Assembly (NCBI GenBank): GCA_045589395.1
Contig: JAZNOZ010000043.1
Span: 1-32,000 of the forward strand
From: Acutalibacteraceae bacterium
Lineage (GTDB): Bacteria; Bacillota; Clostridia; Oscillospirales; Acutalibacteraceae
Reading direction: 5' to 3'
Length of the DNA: 32,000 nucleotides
How positions within the stretch are numbered: position 1 is the first letter of the stretch; each line of letters starts with the position of its first letter. Under the pieces are notes generated by a model. That model worked only from the letters and a program-made list of their open reading frames with translations. It had not been told where the DNA came from and ran no database searches. Both the position numbers and the translations under genes were made by a program. Shown here in pieces: positions 1 through 9,126 of the stretch.

Positions 1-159
1 GCAGTTAACCTTGAAACACTTGAAAGCTATGAAAAATCTGCCGCAGACCTTGATAACACGAGCAAGAAGCAGAATATAAATTCAGCAGATGCAAGATATA
101 TTCTTCGTGCTGCAGTAGGTCTTGAAAATACAAAGGATTGGTTAAAAGACCTTAAATAA
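1..159 (+). CDS. 3' end (52 codons plus TAA) of a CDS that begins upstream of the window; C-terminal dockerin-like segment
   Basis: Frame 1 is open from base 1 to TAA at 157-159. It is missing from the ORF track because it has no start in the window. The translation ...AADLDNTSKKQNINSADARYILRAAVGLENTKDWLKDLK resembles a dockerin Ca-loop/helix repeat (D.N...IN..DA..ILR..VGLE). Confidence 0.5.
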   Translation, partial: AVNLETLESYEKSAADLDNTSKKQNINSADARYILRAAVGLENTKDWLKDLK

Positions 160-175
160 ATTATAAAATTATGTA

Positions 176-222
176 AAAATACACCCCGTATTCTCTGTGT
201 AAGGGAAAACGGGGTGTAATAT
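176..222. terminator. Bidirectional intrinsic terminator between convergent genes
   Basis: Stem acaccccgt (181-189) pairs with acggggtgt (209-217). An A-run lies on the left and a T-rich tract follows on the - strand reading (atttttacataatttt). Confidence 0.6.
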
Positions 223-233
223 TATGCTTATTT

Positions 234-1175
234 TTACACGGCATATAAAATATTCAGATTGCGTATGTCGGCATTTTTTATCATATCGTTAACTGTCAAA
301 GCTTGTCTTTCAAGCTCCTGTGAGGAAAGGTCCGTAAGCTTCTGTCTTGTAAGCTCATCAACCACCTTTGCAGAAATCTCTTCAATAAGTGCCTGCTTTT
401 TTATAATATTTCCGCTTGAGTTGTCGCTTGAAATCAGGTATTCGAGTCCGCTGTATAAATCACTCAGAATATCAAGCTCTTTTAATGCGCGGAAGGTCCA
501 TTTGTAATACGGAATATATTTTCTGTTTAAGAGGAAAATTACCTTTAGTGCAGAATTTACAAATTCTCCTGCTGCGAGCTGTGCCGCGGCAGTTTCGTTT
601 CTTTGTATGCATCGGCTGTAATTATACTGCCCCGACTGTGCCATAAGAAGAATATTACCTGCAAGCTTTTTAAGCCGCACATCCTCGGGCATATATGCTA
701 TTTTTTCTCTGAATTGAGTCATAAGCCCGTAATTATCAAAAAACAGCTTGCCGTTTGTTGCCTCTGAAAGGAAATTTTCGGGAATAGAGAACCACGCACC
801 GAGAGGAATATCGGCATTGGCATTGCCTGTTTTTTCGGTGAAAAATCTGCTTATCCTGATAACACCGTGACGGTTGCCGCCTACGGGATTTATAGGACTT
901 CGTTTATATCCCATAAACTCTTTCGGAAGCTTTGCATAGGCTCTTTCGAGCTGAAATTCAGTACGGGAATCAATTATATCTTCATCGGGAATAAAAATAC
1001 AAAATCCCGGTTCAAAATCGTGATCCTGAGAAAGCTCATCATCAAAGCCCGAGCATTCCGAGCCGCTTCCTATAAGTCCCACAGCCAGATATTTTTCAAT
1101 ATCGGCAAAGCTGTCTTTAAGCATTTTTTCGCCGTATTCATAATAAAATTTTTCGGAAAGCTCAAGCCCTTTCAT
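234..1175 (-). CDS. DUF4037-type nucleotidyltransferase-fold protein (313 aa)
   Basis: Full ORF. The N-terminus GLIGSGSECSGFDDELSQDHDF fits the pol-beta NTase signature (G-S ... D.D). The overall layout recalls proteins annotated as DUF4037. Its ATG overlaps the upstream TPR gene stop by 14 nt. Confidence 0.65.
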   Translation of the reverse strand: MKGLELSEKFYYEYGEKMLKDSFADIEKYLAVGLIGSGSECSGFDDELSQDHDFEPGFCIFIPDEDIIDSRTEFQLERAYAKLPKEFMGYKRSPINPVGGNRHGVIRISRFFTEKTGNANADIPLGAWFSIPENFLSEATNGKLFFDNYGLMTQFREKIAYMPEDVRLKKLAGNILLMAQSGQYNYSRCIQRNETAAAQLAAGEFVNSALKVIFLLNRKYIPYYKWTFRALKELDILSDLYSGLEYLISSDNSSGNIIKKQALIEEISAKVVDELTRQKLTDLSSQELERQALTVNDMIKNADIRNLNILYAV

Positions 1176-1911
1176 AAATATCCCTTGCCCTCTTCAATAA
1201 ATCCTTTTCGTAAAGAAAATATCCGAAATATCCGAAAACCGAAGCGCATTTTTCGCAGACAAAGGCATAGTATCCGTCACGCTTTTCGTGATTATCGAAA
1301 ATTTCCATAGCCTTTTCAATATAAGCTCTGACTTCGGCTTCACATTCAACAGCACCGAGCTCATTTTCCTTTGCACTTGCTATATTAAGATATGTTATAG
1401 CAACCTCAAGGTCGCCGTCATCAACAGACTTCATAACGGATATAGCCTGTTCATAAAGCTCATAGGCTTCCTTGTAGCTTTCAAGGTCAACGAGCGCAAG
1501 AGCCATATTGTTGAAAAGACCGCCGAAGCGTTTATCCTCGGGAGAAAGCTCTTTTTCATATACGGCTTTTGCCTTTTCAAAGAGGGGTAAAGCCTCGTTT
1601 GATTTACCGAAAGCCTTATAAACCGTTGCACAGTTGATATATGTTGTTCCTGCACCTATGTTGTTTTCAATTCCCATAAGCGAAATCAAATCAAGCAGCT
1701 CTTTTACTGTCTGTATTGCATCATTTTCCCTTGCAAGCTTACGGTACAGCCCTGCAAGCTCATTTAAGAACAGAAGCTGACAGCGATTATCATTGATAGC
1801 CTTTGCTTCATTTTTCCAATATAAAAGATGCCTTTCGGCAGACATATAATCATTTCTGCTGAGATATTCATCTAGCTTATCCAACACGCGCTGTGTCTGA
1901 ATCTGTGACAT
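1162..1911 (-). CDS. Tetratricopeptide-repeat (TPR) protein (249 aa)
   Basis: The ORF track gives 1162..2055. I place the start at MSQIQTQ (ATG at 1911), preceded by AAGGAG (cagcaaggagtattatATG). The protein shows a repeated helical A/Y/L pattern (YRKLARENDAI, YKAFGKSNEAL, YEKELSPEDK, YKEAYELYEQAI) typical of TPR proteins. Confidence 0.6.
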   Translation of the reverse strand: MSQIQTQRVLDKLDEYLSRNDYMSAERHLLYWKNEAKAINDNRCQLLFLNELAGLYRKLARENDAIQTVKELLDLISLMGIENNIGAGTTYINCATVYKAFGKSNEALPLFEKAKAVYEKELSPEDKRFGGLFNNMALALVDLESYKEAYELYEQAISVMKSVDDGDLEVAITYLNIASAKENELGAVECEAEVRAYIEKAMEIFDNHEKRDGYYAFVCEKCASVFGYFGYFLYEKDLLKRARDIYERA

Positions 1912-2014
1912 ATAATACTCCTTGCTGCTGATATTATGTAAACATAATATCATAAAATTGCTGTTACCGCAACTTAAAAAATAAGGGTAAGCCTGTTTGC
2001 GTACGGTATCTTGC

Positions 2015-2043
2015 TTGACATTTTTTGGTGTATATAATATAAT
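2015..2043 (+). promoter_or_regulatory. Consensus sigma-A promoter for comM/yifB
   Basis: TTGACA (2015-2020), exactly 17 nt of spacer, then TATAAT (2038-2043). The predicted transcription start near 2050 lies downstream of the ORF-track ATG at 2046, which supports the 2082 start. Confidence 0.7.
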
Positions 2044-2081
2044 GTATGCAAACAAATGTTCATTTGGAAGACGGTGGGGAA

Positions 2082-3632
2082 ATGGTATCTAAAATCAAAA
2101 GCATGGGCATATTCGGTATGCAGTCCTTTATGGTAGATGTTGAGGCAGATGTAACGGGCGGAAAGTTCCGTTTTGATATGGTAGGTCTTCCCGATACAGC
2201 CGTAAGCGAAGCAAGAGAAAGAGTTCAGGCTGCCATAAGAAACAGCGGATATGCTTTTACTTACGGTCATATAACCGTAAATCTTGCCCCTGCCGATATC
2301 CGAAAAGAGGGCTCAACATACGATTTACCGATATTTATAGCACTTCTTCTCTCTGCCCGTCAGATAAGCTTTGAACACAGCGATTGTGCTTTTATAGGTG
2401 AGCTTTCACTCTCGGGTGATGTAAAAAGAGTAAACGGTGTGTTGCCTATGGTAATTGAGGCTAAAAAGGCAGGAATCAAGCGTGTTTTTGTTCCCAAGGA
2501 AAATGCCAATGAGGCCGCAGTAGTGGACAATATCGATATTTTCCCCGTTGAAAATGTATGTCAGCTTCTTGATTTCTTGCTCGAAAAGCCGAATCCCGAA
2601 ATGCCGCTTAACAAAATAGAGAACTTTGTTTTTGAAAAGAATAAAACGGAAAATCATCTGCTTGATTTTGCAGATGTAAAAGGTCAGCATAATGCAAAAA
2701 GAGCCTTGGAAATAGCTGCTGCAGGCGGTCATAATTTTTTGATGATAGGCCCTCCCGGTTCGGGAAAAAGTATGCTCGCAAAGCGAATACCCTCTATTCT
2801 TCCCGATATGACCTTTGAGGAGTCACTTGAAACTACTAAAATATATTCGGTTGCAGGTGCACTGAAAGACGGCGGCGGACTTGTTTCAACCCGTCCGTTC
2901 CGTTCTCCGCACCACACAATTTCACCTGCAGGTCTTTCTGGCGGCGGTGCTGTTCCCAAGCCCGGTGAGCTTTCTTTAGCACACAACGGAGTTCTGTTTC
3001 TTGATGAAATGCCCGAATTTGCCCGAAGCTCAATGGAGGTTATGCGCCAGCCTATAGAAGACGGTAAAATTACCATTGCAAGAGTTGCAGGTACACTCAC
3101 ATTCCCTTGCTCTGTAATGCTTGTTTGTGCAATGAATCCTTGTCCCTGCGGTTTTTTGGGACATCCCACAAAGCAATGTACCTGTTCGCCCTTGTCGGCA
3201 CAGAGATATCTTTCAAAGGTATCGGGCCCGCTTCTTGACAGAATTGATATTCAGGTCGAAGTACCTCCCGTTGAATTTTCCGATCTTGCTGCAAGGGAGC
3301 AAAAGGAAGAAACCTCTGCTGAGATAAAGCTGAGGGTAGACAAGGCAAGAGAAAAGCAGAGCAGACGCTTTAAGGGAACTTCGGTTACCTGTAATGCAAA
3401 AATGCCTGCAAATATGGTAAGAGAATACTGTGTTATGGATGAGGGTGCTACTGCCGTTCTTAAAAAGGTTTTCGATAAGCTCGGTCTTTCTGCAAGAGCA
3501 TATGATAAAATACTTAAGGTAGCAAGAACTATAGCCGACCTTGAGGACAGCGAAATCATAACGGCTGTACATATATCCGAAGCCATACGCTACAGAAATC
3601 TTGACAGAAAAACATATACTAATTTAGGATGA
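2082..3632 (+). CDS. comM: YifB/ComM family Mg-chelatase-like AAA+ ATPase (516 aa)
   Basis: N-terminal Lon-protease-like domain (MVSKIKSMGIFGMQSFMVDVEADV...). Walker A GPPGSGKS, Walker B VLFLDE, and the C-terminal ChlI-like tail (ARAYDKILKVARTIADLE). The start at MVSK follows GGTGGGG. Confidence 0.9.
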   Translation: MVSKIKSMGIFGMQSFMVDVEADVTGGKFRFDMVGLPDTAVSEARERVQAAIRNSGYAFTYGHITVNLAPADIRKEGSTYDLPIFIALLLSARQISFEHSDCAFIGELSLSGDVKRVNGVLPMVIEAKKAGIKRVFVPKENANEAAVVDNIDIFPVENVCQLLDFLLEKPNPEMPLNKIENFVFEKNKTENHLLDFADVKGQHNAKRALEIAAAGGHNFLMIGPPGSGKSMLAKRIPSILPDMTFEESLETTKIYSVAGALKDGGGLVSTRPFRSPHHTISPAGLSGGGAVPKPGELSLAHNGVLFLDEMPEFARSSMEVMRQPIEDGKITIARVAGTLTFPCSVMLVCAMNPCPCGFLGHPTKQCTCSPLSAQRYLSKVSGPLLDRIDIQVEVPPVEFSDLAAREQKEETSAEIKLRVDKAREKQSRRFKGTSVTCNAKMPANMVREYCVMDEGATAVLKKVFDKLGLSARAYDKILKVARTIADLEDSEIITAVHISEAIRYRNLDRKTYTNLG

Positions 3633-3638
3633 TTTATT

Positions 3639-4397
3639 ATGATATTTTATTTCAGCGCAACGGGAAACAGTGAATTTGCCGCAAAAGAGCTGTCACTCAA
3701 TATGGGTGACAAAAATATAATTAATATTACCGAGTGTGTAAAAGAAGAAAAATACAGCTTTACCCTCAATGAAAACGAGGATATAGGCTTTGTTTTTCCT
3801 GTGTTTTATGACGGTTTACCTCTTATCGTTGCCGATTTCGTGAAAAAGCTTGAAATAAAAACAACGCCCGATACCTTTGTGTGGGCTGTTATTACTGCAG
3901 GTGCTAATATGGGCGGCAGTGCATATGCTCTTAAAATGAGTTTATCTGCAAGATGGATATTTTTATCGGCAGCATATTCACTCACGATGCCCGATAATTA
4001 TATAATAATGTATAACCCCTGCGAAAAGGAGCATGCAAAGGCAAAAATAAAAAATGCAAAGATAAAGCTTGAAGAGCTTGCTAATAAAATAAAAGCAAAA
4101 GAAAAAACTGAAATAGAAAGCTCACTTTTAGGGCAGACTAAGTATGATATAATGCAAAGGGCATATAATTTTATGCGAGGCACAAAAAAGTTTTTTGCAG
4201 ATGAAAATTGTGTTTCTTGCGGAAAATGTGCTTCGGTTTGTCCGATAAACTGCATTGAAATGAAAAACGGCAAGCCTTATTGGAACAGTGCAAAATGTGT
4301 ACATTGCACAGCGTGTATCAACCGTTGCCCTGAAAAGGCTTTGCAGTACGGCAAGAAAACAAAAAACAGAAACAGATATAATATTGATATACTATAA
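3639..4397 (+). CDS. EFR1-family flavodoxin-like protein with a C-terminal 2x[4Fe-4S] ferredoxin domain
   Basis: N-terminus MIFYFSATGNSEFAA (flavodoxin-like). C-terminus carries two Cys clusters, CVSCGKCASVCP and CVHCTACINRCP. RBS AGGATGA is present. Confidence 0.75.
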   Translation: MIFYFSATGNSEFAAKELSLNMGDKNIINITECVKEEKYSFTLNENEDIGFVFPVFYDGLPLIVADFVKKLEIKTTPDTFVWAVITAGANMGGSAYALKMSLSARWIFLSAAYSLTMPDNYIIMYNPCEKEHAKAKIKNAKIKLEELANKIKAKEKTEIESSLLGQTKYDIMQRAYNFMRGTKKFFADENCVSCGKCASVCPINCIEMKNGKPYWNSAKCVHCTACINRCPEKALQYGKKTKNRNRYNIDIL

Positions 4398-4416
4398 ACA
4401 ATTTAACGGAGGAATT

Positions 4417-4980
4417 ATGGTAGTTTGTGTTTTCGGCGCATCAAGTGCCGCTATTGATGAAATATATATAAACAAGACCTATGATTTGGGTGTAGCTCTT
4501 GCTAAAAGAGGTCATACTCTGATGTTCGGAGGCGGCGGCAACGGACTTATGGGAGCCGCTGCAAGAGGCTTTTCGGCTGTTGGACAGCATATAACAGGTG
4601 TTGCACCGTCTTTTTTCAATGTTGACGGAGTACTGTACGAAAAGTGCGACAAAATGGTGTATACCGACACCATGCGTGACAGAAAAAAATATATGGAAGA
4701 CAATTCCGATGCCTTTGTAGTTGTCCCCGGCGGAATCGGCACATATGAGGAGTTTTTTGAGGTCCTGACATTAAAACAGTTAGCCCAGCTTTCAGCCCCG
4801 ATTGTACTTTTCAATATAAACGGCTTTTATGATAAGCTTGTAAGACTTATGGACGAGGACAACGACAACGGCTTTATCCGTAAGGGCGTAAAAAACCTCT
4901 TTATTGTAACAGACAGCATTGAAGAAACAATAAATTATATTGAAAATGCAGATACAAGCAAAAGAGAAATAATATTTTGA
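4417..4980 (+). CDS. LOG-family (TIGR00730) Rossmann-fold nucleotide-binding protein, cytokinin riboside 5'-monophosphate phosphoribohydrolase-like
   Basis: Motifs GGGGNGLMGAAARG and PGGIGTYEEFFE (PGGxGTxxE). The start at MVVCVFGASS (ATG 4417) follows ACGGAGG. The track ORF start at 4288 overlaps the upstream gene and is unlikely. Confidence 0.8.
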   Translation: MVVCVFGASSAAIDEIYINKTYDLGVALAKRGHTLMFGGGGNGLMGAAARGFSAVGQHITGVAPSFFNVDGVLYEKCDKMVYTDTMRDRKKYMEDNSDAFVVVPGGIGTYEEFFEVLTLKQLAQLSAPIVLFNINGFYDKLVRLMDEDNDNGFIRKGVKNLFIVTDSIEETINYIENADTSKREIIF

Positions 4981-4992
4981 CAGACAAAATAT

Positions 4993-5029
4993 AACAGGTG
5001 TACTTTAGCGCGGTACACCTGTTTTCTTA
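4993..5029 (+). terminator. Intrinsic terminator after the LOG-family gene
   Basis: An 11-bp stem, aacaggtgtac (4993-5003) pairing with gtacacctgtt (5013-5023), followed by ttcttat. Confidence 0.65.
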
Positions 5030-5036
5030 TGCAAAC

Positions 5037-5402
5037 TTTCGTCTTCGTCATGGTAGGGAACGATGCCCACATCGTTCCGTCTGAGGAGGGGGTAACTTTT
5101 ATTTTCACACATCTTTTGTCAAATACAATGGTGAAATTTTTGTGAAATGGTTAGAATTTGCCTTCTACGGCACGATTCGGGCTCTGTGCCCTACCGGTAC
5201 AGACCTTTGGTTTCATCACAAAAGCAGGTGACATATATCATAAATAACCTTAAGTTGCTTGCGTTGGAACGATGCCCAGATCGTTCCGCTTGAGATATGT
5301 GTAACTTCAGTTGCAGTCATTTTATGTTTTCGAAAATATTAATATTTTTGTAAAAAGTTAGAATTCTCCTATACGGAACGAAGAAGGGCATCGTTCCCTA
5401 CG
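5037..5402. repeat. Two tandem copies (about 5037-5217 and about 5248-5402) of a hairpin-ended mosaic repeat (MITE/PATE/BIME-like), non-coding
   Basis: Copy A runs from gtagggaacgatgcccacatcgttccg to gggctctgtgccctac. Copy B runs from gttggaacgatgcccagatcgttccg to gggcatcgttccctac. Both share internal blocks (ctgag..gtaactt, tttttgt.aaa.gttagaatt..cct.tacgg). The ends are inverted repeats of each other. A third copy is at 26637-26808. Confidence 0.8.
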
Positions 5403-5471
5403 ACTTAAATCGTTAATGCTGTCGTAAACATAAAATATCTTCAAATGAAATTATACTTTGCTTAAACTGTG

Positions 5472-6317
5472 TCATTTCGTCATATACAATAACCCAATCG
5501 TATCCCTTCCGCAATGGGCTGTGACGGTGCAGCCGGCTTTGTAGCAATACATTTTATCAAAAATCCGTCTGTTCTCCGCCTGCTGTCTTGCCTGAGAAAT
5601 AAGCTTCTCGTCAGTTCCCTCGGTATAGAGCAATAATGCGCAAGAGGTATCTGCGGTTTTTTCTGCCTCATCGCAGATAAAATCAATATATTTGTGTACA
5701 GAGGAATTGAAGCTGCCTATAAACTTTTTTGTAACTCCTAATTTACCCTCACTCATCCCTATCATAGGCTTTATTGAGAGTGCCTGAGTTGCAAATTTCT
5801 GTGCGGAGGAGCATCTTCCGCCTCGGTAGAGAGTTTCTGTTGAGTTGATGATAAAGCTTACATTAAGGCGGTTTTGGGCGTTTTTTATGAGTGCTTCAAT
5901 TTCATTGGCTGTTTTACCGCTGTCAACTGCCCTCTGAGCAGTAAGAGCAAGCAGGGCGATACCGCCCGAAAGGCTTCGGGTGTCAATAACTCTGATGTCA
6001 TGCTCTTTCAGCATATCCTTTGCTCTGAGAGCATTTGTATATGCCGCAGAAAGCTCTGAGGACATACAAAGATGCACAAGCTGATTTCCGTTTTCGGTTA
6101 AGGCAGTGAAAAAATCAAGATATTCACCCGTTGACGGTGCACTGGTCTGTGCGGTTTGTCGTGTTTTGTCGAAAAAGGACAAAAGAGAAGACGGTGTGAT
6201 ATTGACACCGTCTTCGTAAGAATCTTTATTTAATATGATGTGAAAGGGGATAACTGCAAAATTTTTCTCAAGCTGTGCTGCATCGCCTGTTGAGTCAACC
6301 GAGATAATAACGCTCAT
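5472..6317 (-). CDS. DegV family fatty-acid-binding protein (281 aa)
   Basis: The sequence MSVIISVDSTGD...TSAPSTGEY...STETLYRGGR... matches the DegV/EDD fold pattern. The start at ATG 6317 follows GGAGG. The track start at 6356 would overlap the upstream gene. Confidence 0.8.
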   Translation of the reverse strand: MSVIISVDSTGDAAQLEKNFAVIPFHIILNKDSYEDGVNITPSSLLSFFDKTRQTAQTSAPSTGEYLDFFTALTENGNQLVHLCMSSELSAAYTNALRAKDMLKEHDIRVIDTRSLSGGIALLALTAQRAVDSGKTANEIEALIKNAQNRLNVSFIINSTETLYRGGRCSSAQKFATQALSIKPMIGMSEGKLGVTKKFIGSFNSSVHKYIDFICDEAEKTADTSCALLLYTEGTDEKLISQARQQAENRRIFDKMYCYKAGCTVTAHCGRDTIGLLYMTK

Positions 6318-6330
6318 AAAAAGCCTCCGA

Positions 6331-7047
6331 TTAATATTCCTCGGGGTGCTCGGCAATATAGCGTAATTCTGCTTCCTTGTCTGCCTTTGAACGCGCTTTT
6401 ACTGCGGCTCTTATCTCTTTCTTGTTTTTTCCTATGATACCGTTTTTAGCGAAAGCAACCCAGAACATACCGAGTACTGAGCCTGCACCTGCCAAAATCA
6501 TATCTATCATAGTGTCAACGAGTCCGTCCTCGGAAAGGATGGGGGATTTCTGAAGATCATAGCCGTAAAGTCTGTCCATAGTAAACTCATAGAATTCCCA
6601 GCCTACGAGAATGAAAACAGAGAAGCACAAAGCAAACATTGAAGCAAGTCCGGGACTCAGATGACGGGAGCGCCCCTGGAAAACCACAGCAAAGTCATAT
6701 GCAAAATAAGCGGCAACCACGCCCGACATAAAATGCTCAATGAGGTCTATATGCTGAAAATTTGTTTTTGTGTTAAGCACATAGCCAACAACAACGCCGA
6801 AGCAGATAAATATATTAAGGAGCGTCTGAGGGAAGTAGCCGACTCTTGTAATAAAGGATTTGCCTCCGAACAGCTGCCACATATCCCACATATGGGTGAA
6901 AGCTATTGCAAAAAGTCCCATCAGGAATTGAGTTACGGAGTTGTGAAGCAAGCCGTTTATTCCGAAAATCAGTAAAGCCGCCCTTATAGCCCACCAGAGT
7001 ATCTGCTGCCCCATAGGTACTGCCTTTAGTTTGTTCAGTTTTTTCAT
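6331..7047 (-). CDS. Integral membrane protein of unknown function (238 aa, about 6 predicted TM helices, basic C-terminal tail)
   Basis: Full ORF with RBS AAGGCGG. It has multiple hydrophobic segments and no family motif I recognise. It lies 13 nt upstream of degV, so it is probably co-transcribed. Confidence 0.6.
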   Translation of the reverse strand: MKKLNKLKAVPMGQQILWWAIRAALLIFGINGLLHNSVTQFLMGLFAIAFTHMWDMWQLFGGKSFITRVGYFPQTLLNIFICFGVVVGYVLNTKTNFQHIDLIEHFMSGVVAAYFAYDFAVVFQGRSRHLSPGLASMFALCFSVFILVGWEFYEFTMDRLYGYDLQKSPILSEDGLVDTMIDMILAGAGSVLGMFWVAFAKNGIIGKNKKEIRAAVKARSKADKEAELRYIAEHPEEY

Positions 7048-7200
7048 TCTTATCCGCCTTTTATGGAAAATTCATTTTTTTGATTTTAGTATATATAAAA
7101 ACAAAAAGTGTATGATTGTAATTTTTAGATTAAAAATCGTAACAAAAAATGCTTATTTATGGTATCACAACTGCTTGTAAATTTCAATAGTAATTATATC

Positions 7201-7244
7201 AAAATAAATAAAAATAAAGGGTAACGGATTTTCAGTTACCCTTT
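7201..7244 (-). terminator. Intrinsic terminator after the AMP-ligase gene
   Basis: A 10-bp stem, aaagggtaac (7216-7225) pairing with gttacccttt (7235-7244). On the - strand it is followed by tatttttatttatttt. Confidence 0.75.
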
Positions 7245-7262
7245 AAGATATATTTACTTTTA

Positions 7263-8972
7263 TCAGGTCTTTGAAAGCTCTGTTCTTACCTGAGTAAGCT
7301 TTAAGAAGTCTACCTTTTCAAGTCTTGTTCTGGGAAGAGCGTCAATTACTCTGATATCTCTGGGAATAGAGAATTTGCTGAGAACTGAGCACTTGTCCAT
7401 AATTACCTGCTTGTATTCTTCGAGCTTTGAAGCATCTGCATCGGGAGCAAGAACTATGTAAAGACGGACAATCGGCTTTTCGTTTTCGTCATAGCCCTGA
7501 ACAGCACAGCATTCTGTAAGGAAGGGGAGGGGCTCAAGGAGGTTTTCAATGTCTGCAGGGAAAACATTGTAGCCTGAGATGATGATAACTCTCTTCTGTC
7601 TTGCCATAAAGGTGATGAAGCCTTCTTCATCTATCTTGCCGAGGTCACCTGTGAGAACCCACTTTTTGCCGTTCTTATCGGTGTAAACACCCTCGCCGAG
7701 TCTGCCGTCGGGCATAAGATAGCCTTTCATAAGTGTGTTACCTGTGAATGCAATTTCACCGATTGTGCCGTAGGGAACTTCGTTGTGGTTTTCATCAAAG
7801 ATAGCAGCCTTTGTTGTTTTAAGATGTCTGCCTACTGTGCCGGGCTTTGTATGCCAGGGCATATTGATACAGTTAACAGCACCGCATTCGGTAAGACCGT
7901 AGCCGGGCATAAGAGTTGCCTGAGAACCGTATTCAGCCATAATATCGTTGAACTGCTTGAGGAAGTCAAGCGGTACATAGTCACCGCCTGCAAAAGCATA
8001 TCTGATATATTTGAGGTGCTCACCCTTGAAATCGGGATGCGAGAGAAGCTTACGGTACATATTGGGTACACCGATTACCTCGTAGCACTTGTTTGCTTTG
8101 AGGTAGGAGATATATTCATCTGCTTCAAAACGAGCCATAGGAACGGATTTCCAGCCGGAAACCATTGTGGTTAAAAGACCGCCGCAAAGACCGTATGCAT
8201 GGAAGAAAGGAAGAGCAAGGATTTTGCAGAGCTCACCGGGCTTGTAGTCACAGGGAGTTGCGGCATTGAGAGCGTTTTTTGTTACCGCATTGAGAGCAGT
8301 TGAGGAGAGCATTATTGTTCTGCTTACACCCGTTGTGCCGCCGCCGTTCATATAAACTGCAACAAGGTCACCGCTTCTGAAAAGACCTTCTGTTTTCTGG
8401 CCCTGATATTTTTTAAGAATGTCACCGAAGTATTTTACTGTGAGGTTATGAGCTTCTGCAACAGCCAGAGCCTTTTCATCGGGACGGACATAATACTTCT
8501 TAATAACGGGAGCCGCATAAAGTACGGGAGTTGTTACAATGATATCAATATCCTTCATTTCAGCGAGTACCTGAGCGTGCTGATGTATGAACATATCGTA
8601 AAGAAGAACACCCTTTGACTTTGTATATTCAACTGAACCTTTCATTGCCTGAGGCGGGAAAAGGGGGTGAATGAGGTTTGCAATACAGCCGATTTTGTTG
8701 AGAGCGAACAGCATAACAACTTCTTCGATTGAGTTCGGAATAAAAAGTGAATATGCTTCACCGGGCTCCATTTTAAGTTCTTCCTTGAGATAAACAGCCA
8801 TAGCTTCAACATCTTCAAGAAATTCGCTCTTCATATGGTCTGTGAGCTTGAACTGGAACATAGGATAGTCATCCTTATGGGGTGCAATACAAGCAAGCAG
8901 AAATTCGTAGAGGTTCATATTCCCGTAATCGGGAAGAATCTCATCCATAGTAAGAAAGGGTAATTTTTCCAT
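7263..8972 (-). CDS. AMP-forming adenylating enzyme (acyl-CoA synthetase / fatty-acid-CoA ligase-like), 569 aa
   Basis: ANL-superfamily motifs are present: GGGTTGVSRT (A3-like), GYGLTE (A5), TGDLG (A7/A8 region) and a C-terminal RLEKVD lysine. The substrate cannot be read from the sequence. Confidence 0.8.
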   Translation of the reverse strand: MEKLPFLTMDEILPDYGNMNLYEFLLACIAPHKDDYPMFQFKLTDHMKSEFLEDVEAMAVYLKEELKMEPGEAYSLFIPNSIEEVVMLFALNKIGCIANLIHPLFPPQAMKGSVEYTKSKGVLLYDMFIHQHAQVLAEMKDIDIIVTTPVLYAAPVIKKYYVRPDEKALAVAEAHNLTVKYFGDILKKYQGQKTEGLFRSGDLVAVYMNGGGTTGVSRTIMLSSTALNAVTKNALNAATPCDYKPGELCKILALPFFHAYGLCGGLLTTMVSGWKSVPMARFEADEYISYLKANKCYEVIGVPNMYRKLLSHPDFKGEHLKYIRYAFAGGDYVPLDFLKQFNDIMAEYGSQATLMPGYGLTECGAVNCINMPWHTKPGTVGRHLKTTKAAIFDENHNEVPYGTIGEIAFTGNTLMKGYLMPDGRLGEGVYTDKNGKKWVLTGDLGKIDEEGFITFMARQKRVIIISGYNVFPADIENLLEPLPFLTECCAVQGYDENEKPIVRLYIVLAPDADASKLEEYKQVIMDKCSVLSKFSIPRDIRVIDALPRTRLEKVDFLKLTQVRTELSKT

Positions 8973-9126
8973 TATAGCCTCCGTAAAGTTCAGAAAAGAT
9001 ATTTAATATTTCCGAAATAGATATTATAGTATTTTCAACTTTCCGTCAACAGACAATATTCGCGTTTTTATTTTGAAACCAACAAAATGTTGCAATTTTG
9101 TTGTGATTTTATGAAAAATTAGCACT

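Noticed and set aside
2046-2081. N-terminal extensions of track ORFs. This includes the analogous starts at 4288, 6356, 15468, 19164, 19476, 20197, 23106 and 28696, and also 2055 for the TPR gene
   Set aside because: In each case an internal start carries a proper Shine-Dalgarno sequence at 5-10 nt. The extension either overlaps the upstream gene, lies upstream of the mapped promoter or terminator, or disrupts the conserved family N-terminus.
5100-5160. Promoter-like hexamers inside the repeat unit (TTGTCA, TTGTGA and TAGAAT)
   Set aside because: Spacings are 30 nt and 6 nt respectively, which is incompatible with a sigma-A promoter. I have no support for calling an outward-reading promoter.
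5037-5402. Possibility that the repeats form a CRISPR array
   Set aside because: The units are about 150-170 bp with internal similarity throughout. They are not short repeats of 25-40 bp separated by unique spacers, no cas genes are present, and the copies occur in both orientations.
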